A program made the translations under genes and the position numbers. Shown in pieces: positions 58,862 to 64,000 of a stretch of 64,000 bases of DNA (positions are counted from its first letter, which is position 1; every line of letters starts with the position of its first letter). Location of the stretch: the NCBI GenBank assembly GCA_965207885.1, contig OZ242311.1, positions 2,720,001 to 2,784,000 of the forward strand, in the 5' to 3' direction. Under the pieces are notes generated by a model that had not been told where the DNA came from, ran no database searches, and was given only the letters and a program-made list of their open reading frames with translations. Origin of the DNA: Candidatus Latescibacterota bacterium (GTDB lineage: Bacteria; Latescibacterota; UBA2968).

Positions 58862-61036
58862 TCAGAGATGCCCGCCAGACTCCAGGATACGCTCTTCCAC
58901 TCTGGGAGGGGTCGGTCGGAGTCCAAAATCTCTCCACCCCCAGTCCACATGGATTTTGGGCATGTCGAATTCAAAATACCAGCGAATACTGATGGGATCT
59001 CGATCGATACCAAAATATCCGAGGAAAAGCGCACATTTTCCGGTGACTTCCTCGATTACGTCGAAAGGGGTCAGATCGTGAAACTCTTCAATCTCTTCTT
59101 CCACCTCCAGGTAACGGTGCAGATCGGCTTCGTAAGACTCCGCCTGGTTGGGCCTGAGGCTCGTGAGATCAAGAGGCTCGTGCGCGTTCCACCTGGGCAG
59201 GTCATATTGCTCAGATCCATCCGGACAGAAGGTCCAGATTGGCGTGGACCATGCGTATTCACCGTCGATTTGGCGGAGACGAACGTAATAGGCTCCCTCT
59301 CGCAGCGGTATCTCGTCGGTGTGGGTCAGATCTATATCGAGTGCATCGGGATGCCATGAGTGGAGACAACGGTCATTCCGAATCAAGTCTATTCGCTGCA
59401 CGGGAGCACAGGCGTGCGCGCAAATAGTGATCTCAGCAGGCGCCGAGATTTTGGCCTCGCTGCCCGCAGTGTGTCCGTTGACATCTACGGTCAGGATGAT
59501 GCGCGCCCCAGTGGTGGCGAAGGTGCGCCGATCCCGAATTGCCTTCCAGATTTCGTTACGCTCGCAGCGCGCTGCCCAAACGGCGGCGATCGGTCCGTTC
59601 CCATACCCGGTGTCTCGGAAGTTCAAACCAACATTGTGCCACCTCCCGAAGTAGTCTTTGGCGGCGATTGGAGCGCCCATCGTAGTAAGGTGGGTGTCCC
59701 CCGATCCAATAACGGCTGGGCGAAAGCCACAGCGCAGGGCCCACTGGAGCACCCATTCAAAGCAGCCATGCCCGCTGGCGACCTCAAGAAGCGGCTCGTG
59801 ACTGGGACGATAATCGTACCATTGGGGGGGACCACCCCCGATGTGGGCTTCAAGGATCACATCCTCTCGATCTCCAAACTCGGCCATCACTTCGTCCATG
59901 GTGCAGAAGGTGGGGGGATAGGTTTCAGTCCATTCACGGTAGATCACGTTCCGATCCCCTCCAGGTCTCGGGTGAACCTCTGAAGCGAGAAAAGGAACGT
60001 AAGTCCCCGGCTCATCGTTGTTCCGATAGGCTTGCTGATAGGCACGCCACAGCTCTGGTCGATCCTCCTGGATTGGCGGAACGGCCGGTCCCGGCGCTCC
60101 AAAGTCCAGCCGGCCGACTCTCCGCAACTGTTCGTGTCTCCGCTCAGGATGAATCTTGAAGGTGGGATCGTCCAGTAGCGACATGCTAATGTCGCCCCAT
60201 CCGTGACAATGGAGATCTCCCCAGAGGAGACGGCGGTCGTGCTGTTCCTTGCAGAGGATGGGATTGCTCACTGCCCTTAGACCGTGGCGTTTGTCTTCCG
60301 CGATCAGACGGATAAGGCCGGGTTCTGATATGCGAATGTCTTCCAGAATCACGAGCCCGCTGTCACTGGAGCCCAACGAGATGGATTTGGGCAAACCCTC
60401 AACCGCTGAAATCGGACCAGAGAAGGTCACTCGACCCTCAAATTGTTCGCAGATATTGTGGTTTGCATCGAAGGCCATCAGATGCAGTGCAAAGGCCTCA
60501 TCGGGCGTAACGATCGACGGGCCCAGAAGCCGAAGCAGCGCCGGCACAGGATTGGATGTGATGTGAATCCTGCAAGGATTGCAGGCCAGTTCCCGATAGA
60601 CGCCATCCCCTGTCCGATCCACGGCGCTGGTAATCCGCCCCAGAGTCGTTCCATCATAAACGGCGCTCCCCGCGCCTCCATAGCTCGAATCGCCAATCTG
60701 AATGGTGAAGGAATCACCGGTTTTCATCTCACCCTCATCGACCAGCACCTGGGCGAATCCCGGACGGTGGGACTGCTTTTCTGAATTGACGATCAGGCGT
60801 AAGGTCGCATCACATTGGGTTTTTAGAGTGACGAAATCACGTCCCTCTGGGTTGTAGTCCTGAATTCGATGCGAGAACAGAAACGAGTGCCGCTGAAAAA
60901 GAAAACCGCCGCCGGCAGTTATGGTTTCTGATGCGGTGGCAGTAATCTTCCACATCCCCAACTTGCCTGCGGGCAATTCCAGATCGTGCCCACAGCTACG
61001 TGAGCCGTCACTTCCGTGAAATTCGACCTCGAGCAT
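58862..61036 (-). CDS. DUF3604/PHP-like metallohydrolase, paralog of 53882; 5' frameshift suspected
   Basis: LWGDLHCH, EVASGHG, IGSGDTH, RTFATTG; RBS-bearing start at 61100 is out of frame. Confidence 0.75.
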   Translation of the reverse strand: MLEVEFHGSDGSRSCGHDLELPAGKLGMWKITATASETITAGGGFLFQRHSFLFSHRIQDYNPEGRDFVTLKTQCDATLRLIVNSEKQSHRPGFAQVLVDEGEMKTGDSFTIQIGDSSYGGAGSAVYDGTTLGRITSAVDRTGDGVYRELACNPCRIHITSNPVPALLRLLGPSIVTPDEAFALHLMAFDANHNICEQFEGRVTFSGPISAVEGLPKSISLGSSDSGLVILEDIRISEPGLIRLIAEDKRHGLRAVSNPILCKEQHDRRLLWGDLHCHGWGDISMSLLDDPTFKIHPERRHEQLRRVGRLDFGAPGPAVPPIQEDRPELWRAYQQAYRNNDEPGTYVPFLASEVHPRPGGDRNVIYREWTETYPPTFCTMDEVMAEFGDREDVILEAHIGGGPPQWYDYRPSHEPLLEVASGHGCFEWVLQWALRCGFRPAVIGSGDTHLTTMGAPIAAKDYFGRWHNVGLNFRDTGYGNGPIAAVWAARCERNEIWKAIRDRRTFATTGARIILTVDVNGHTAGSEAKISAPAEITICAHACAPVQRIDLIRNDRCLHSWHPDALDIDLTHTDEIPLREGAYYVRLRQIDGEYAWSTPIWTFCPDGSEQYDLPRWNAHEPLDLTSLRPNQAESYEADLHRYLEVEEEIEEFHDLTPFDVIEEVTGKCALFLGYFGIDRDPISIRWYFEFDMPKIHVDWGWRDFGLRPTPPRVEERILESGGHL

Positions 61037-61189
61037 CGGGCTCGTTACCCGGCACAGGTTGGACTGTGATGCTGACGCGCTGCACTCGTGATTTCGGCAT
61101 AGGTTCTCCTCAACAGCCGTTCGACGAATCACGGTGCCAGAACAAGTTCATGTTCAAGATTCGGTGGATGGGATTCATTTGCAATGTGA

Positions 61190-62218
61190 TCAGAGACCAC
61201 CGTTCCTCCATTTGTCCAGAACATCACTGGCGACTTTCATGTTGAACTGATGTCCGCCATCAAATTGATCGACAAATAACTGATCCGAAGCGCCGGCTGC
61301 CCCATATGCCTTCCGCACTCTGACCAGGGCTCTCTCCGCCCATTCGTGTGGCGCCAGTCGATCCTCCAACCCCCATTCAATCACCATAGGGCGGGGGGCG
61401 ATGAGAGAGAAGATCTCCGGCGTATCCCCATACTGGAGAAGTCCCGGGATGAGTTGTGCGCCGCACTTCTTCAAAGCCTGATAACGTTCCTGGTACATGC
61501 TCAGACAGCCCGAGGGTACGGCAATCTTGACCCGTGAATCAAAAGCAGAGATCATCATGGCCATTCGACCTCCGAGCGAAATCCCTGCACAGCCAAGCAT
61601 CTCACTGTCGATATAATCAAGGGACTGAAGCACATCGAGTGCCGCCTGTAGATCGCACAGATGTAGTGCCACAACGGTTGTGCCCATCAGCGTTGCACAA
61701 AGGTAGTTGCGCATGCAATAGTCAACCCGGGGATTTGGATAATTGGACCGTCGTTCGCCAAACCCGCGTAGATCGGGCATCAGGGTGACGTAGCCCTGCT
61801 GTGCGAATTTCTGGCCGAAGTTGTATCCCTTCGTTACAATTTCTTCTTTCCGCTCGGGTGAATTGTCGATCCCCGCCACACCATCTTTCCCAAACTGGCT
61901 GTGCCCGTGCAGGCAAAGGAGACCCGGAGTCCGATTCTGTAACTCCTTGGGAACGAGCAAATAAGCCGGTACGAACACGTCCAGCTCCGTCTGGTAGCGA
62001 ATGCGATAGCGTACGTGGTCCCCACAATCCGTTTCAGTCAGGAATTCCAGAGAAAGATCCGATCGTTCCGGGCGAAGGCCCAACAGTTCCACTACTGTTG
62101 ATCGAAATCGATCCTGCCACCTCTCCAGTTCATCGACCGTTGAGCCGTCGAATAGCATTGAAGGCTCAAACTGATCCAGCAGTTGCGAAAGGTCATCTTC
62201 GAAGATGATGGGTCTCAT
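61190..62218 (-). CDS. Alpha/beta hydrolase (dienelactone hydrolase/esterase-like)
   Basis: VPAYLLVP, CLHGH, DLRGFGER, GISLGG, IAPRP, GGH. Confidence 0.88.
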   Translation of the reverse strand: MRPIIFEDDLSQLLDQFEPSMLFDGSTVDELERWQDRFRSTVVELLGLRPERSDLSLEFLTETDCGDHVRYRIRYQTELDVFVPAYLLVPKELQNRTPGLLCLHGHSQFGKDGVAGIDNSPERKEEIVTKGYNFGQKFAQQGYVTLMPDLRGFGERRSNYPNPRVDYCMRNYLCATLMGTTVVALHLCDLQAALDVLQSLDYIDSEMLGCAGISLGGRMAMMISAFDSRVKIAVPSGCLSMYQERYQALKKCGAQLIPGLLQYGDTPEIFSLIAPRPMVIEWGLEDRLAPHEWAERALVRVRKAYGAAGASDQLFVDQFDGGHQFNMKVASDVLDKWRNGGL

Positions 62219-62232
62219 TGTCCAGTCTCGGT

Positions 62233-62261
62233 AGTATAAAATTTAATTCAGAAAAGCACAA
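62233..62261 (-). promoter_or_regulatory. Internal sigma70-like promoter
   Basis: TTGTGC-17 bp-TATACT, 14 nt upstream of ATG 62218. Confidence 0.45.
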
Positions 62262-62307
62262 GCGAATCCAAATCTCTTTGGGATTCCCGGGATTCTTTGG
62301 TTGCGGG

Positions 62308-63381
62308 CTATTCAAACCAATGAGGGGATTGCGGGCGCTTCGTGCGAATCGAATCCAGTGCTGCCTCACAGATAGAAACTATGCGCGCACCCCATCGAGC
62401 CGGGATCGGATTACTGATTTTGCCATCGAGCAGATTCAGATAATCGACCACAGAGCGCCCCCAGCCGTGTCCACCAATTACTTCATGAGCAGATGATTCT
62501 TCGATTGGAACTGGCTCATGGCCACGGCGGAAGAGTTGGCCTTTCCACAACGTGCCTTCGGTGCCATATACGGCTAAAAAACCACCGCCCATTCCCTCGC
62601 CCATGCCATGTCCGGAGCAGCCGCTTGTCACAAAGACTTTGCCTGTGACGCCATTTTCAAATTGAAGGATCACAATATAACAGTCATCATCTGGAAATAC
62701 CGGGATGCTGAGCTTATTGCTATAGGCATAGACCTCCGTAACCGGAGATTCAACCGTCCACAAAATCAGATCAAGTGGGTGGCAGCCGCCGCCCAGCAGG
62801 ATATTCTGGGGATTTTGCCGATCAATGCGCCAGGGTGTGTGACTTTTACCCTCAGGTGAATAATGGCTCCACATGTCATGGATGTAATCGCCCTGGACAA
62901 AGAAAACATCGCCAATCTCACCGGATTGGGCCATCAGTGCCATTTCGTGCCAGGGATGCAGGTAGCGCATGGTTTGGTCGGTCATGACATGCCGGCCACT
63001 CTCTGCCTCCGCGTCGAGGATGCGTTGGGCATCTGCCACTGTGGTAGCAAGCGGTTTTTCCACCAGGACGTGGCAGCCCTGCTCCAATGCCATGACAGTC
63101 TGATCGGCGTGCAAGTGATCCGGTCCTGCCACGACTACAACATCGGGCTGCATTTCTCGCAGGAGTGGAGCGTACTCGTGGCCAGTCAAGGCATCCGGAT
63201 ATTGCTCATGCATCATGTCCAACTGTGCCTGCTGTGGATCGACGAGCCCCACAATTTCTCCACGTCCATCGGCGGCGGCTACCTGAGCCACATTACGGCC
63301 AGCGCTTCCACAGCCGCTAATCAAGAGTTTGTAACGCTTCATGGCAAATATCTCAATTTTTTCTGAAATTCGAACGTTCAC
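62308..63381 (-). CDS. Gfo/Idh/MocA family oxidoreductase
   Basis: GCGSAG, PDHLH, HVLVEKP, GGCHPLD; ATG 63342 alternative start. Confidence 0.9.
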   Translation of the reverse strand: MNVRISEKIEIFAMKRYKLLISGCGSAGRNVAQVAAADGRGEIVGLVDPQQAQLDMMHEQYPDALTGHEYAPLLREMQPDVVVVAGPDHLHADQTVMALEQGCHVLVEKPLATTVADAQRILDAEAESGRHVMTDQTMRYLHPWHEMALMAQSGEIGDVFFVQGDYIHDMWSHYSPEGKSHTPWRIDRQNPQNILLGGGCHPLDLILWTVESPVTEVYAYSNKLSIPVFPDDDCYIVILQFENGVTGKVFVTSGCSGHGMGEGMGGGFLAVYGTEGTLWKGQLFRRGHEPVPIEESSAHEVIGGHGWGRSVVDYLNLLDGKISNPIPARWGARIVSICEAALDSIRTKRPQSPHWFE

Positions 63382-64000
63382 TATCTTCTTTTTGCACTAA
63401 TTTCAGCGATGGTATCACCAGTTATCTTGACGGTGTGGGTATCTACTCGCTCAACGACTTCACGGGTAGCTCTGGCCTCGGCACTATCAGCGGACTGATA
63501 TTCGGTCGCGAATATATACGGAGATGGGATTGTATAAGGTGGGATTTCCCCGATCCTCCCCATGGCCTTGCGAGCGCCTTCTCGGAGCAGATCCCGAGCT
63601 TTAGTGGGAGAGAGGGTGAGTGCAGCCGTGCGGCTGAGCCCCTCTTTCACGACAACGCTTTCGATGTCGGGAACATAACGTCGAGCCTCATCTACAGCAG
63701 CCCGATCCCCGCTGATGAAAACCGTGGGTACGCCAACCTCACCGGCATGGGCTATGTTGAAACCAATTTCGCCGATCAGTTCATCGTTCAACCAGCAGTT
63801 GGCAATGCTTCGGGAACTCCAGCTGTGACACAGCACACCATCAGGGGTGTTCTCCATCGCGTGATGGCCATACAAAAATTGCACCTCAAATGTCAATCCC
63901 ATCTCCCACGCAGAGCCTCTGGGGCGACCGTATATCACCCGGGCTTCGCGGTGGATATGTTCGATATTGATTCCACCACTGCCGTGTCCGTCCAGCACGA
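63381..64000 (-). CDS. M55 (DppA-like D-aminopeptidase) metallopeptidase, 5' part outside window
   Basis: DGHGSG.N, GHHAM...GVLCHS, IGE, ISGD, VVKEG. Confidence 0.82.
   Translation of the reverse strand, partial: VLDGHGSGGINIEHIHREARVIYGRPRGSAWEMGLTFEVQFLYGHHAMENTPDGVLCHSWSSRSIANCWLNDELIGEIGFNIAHAGEVGVPTVFISGDRAAVDEARRYVPDIESVVVKEGLSRTAALTLSPTKARDLLREGARKAMGRIGEIPPYTIPSPYIFATEYQSADSAEARATREVVERVDTHTVKITGDTIAEISAKRR

Noticed and set aside
61110-61178. MNPIHRILNMNLFWHRDSSNGC* as a definite PhyH remnant
   Set aside because: Only the 4-residue WHRD supports it and there is no clear RBS; kept only as a weak stub candidate
1-64000. Integron cassette array or CRISPR array
   Set aside because: No integrase or cas gene, no recurring RYYYAAC...GTTRRRY sites and no regularly spaced repeats

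Overview
Bacterial catabolic accessory island, almost all on the minus strand, with no housekeeping genes, transporters, regulators, rRNA/tRNA or CRISPR. It holds 15 intact Cys-type sulfatases, none with a signal peptide, plus one chimeric sulfatase pseudogene. There are 8 stand-alone PhyH-like Fe(II)/2-oxoglutarate oxygenases. A polysaccharide-lyase block (33.6-45.8 kb) contains a BNR-4 protein, two 'SENH' proteins, rhaM, a PL38-like lyase fused to PhyH and a PL4 rhamnogalacturonan lyase. Also present are a tnpB-only IS200/IS605 element with readable ends, a small ORF/nucleotidyltransferase pair, and a right-hand hydrolase/aminotransferase/DUF3604-like cluster. The gene content resembles Latescibacterota/Poribacteria-type marine genomes (inference only). 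The main observation is that many intergenic spacers are built from the first and/or last few codons of genes that are no longer there ('gene stubs'). Several match termini of intact genes elsewhere in the window and many form translationally coupled mini-ORFs. Unrelated genes also share near-identical 5' ends and RBS spacers, which suggests repeated gene replacement at gene termini. Other leads are the lyase-PhyH fusion and three PhyH enzymes with halogenase-like HxG/HxA motifs. Family calls come from motif recognition by eye, not database searches.
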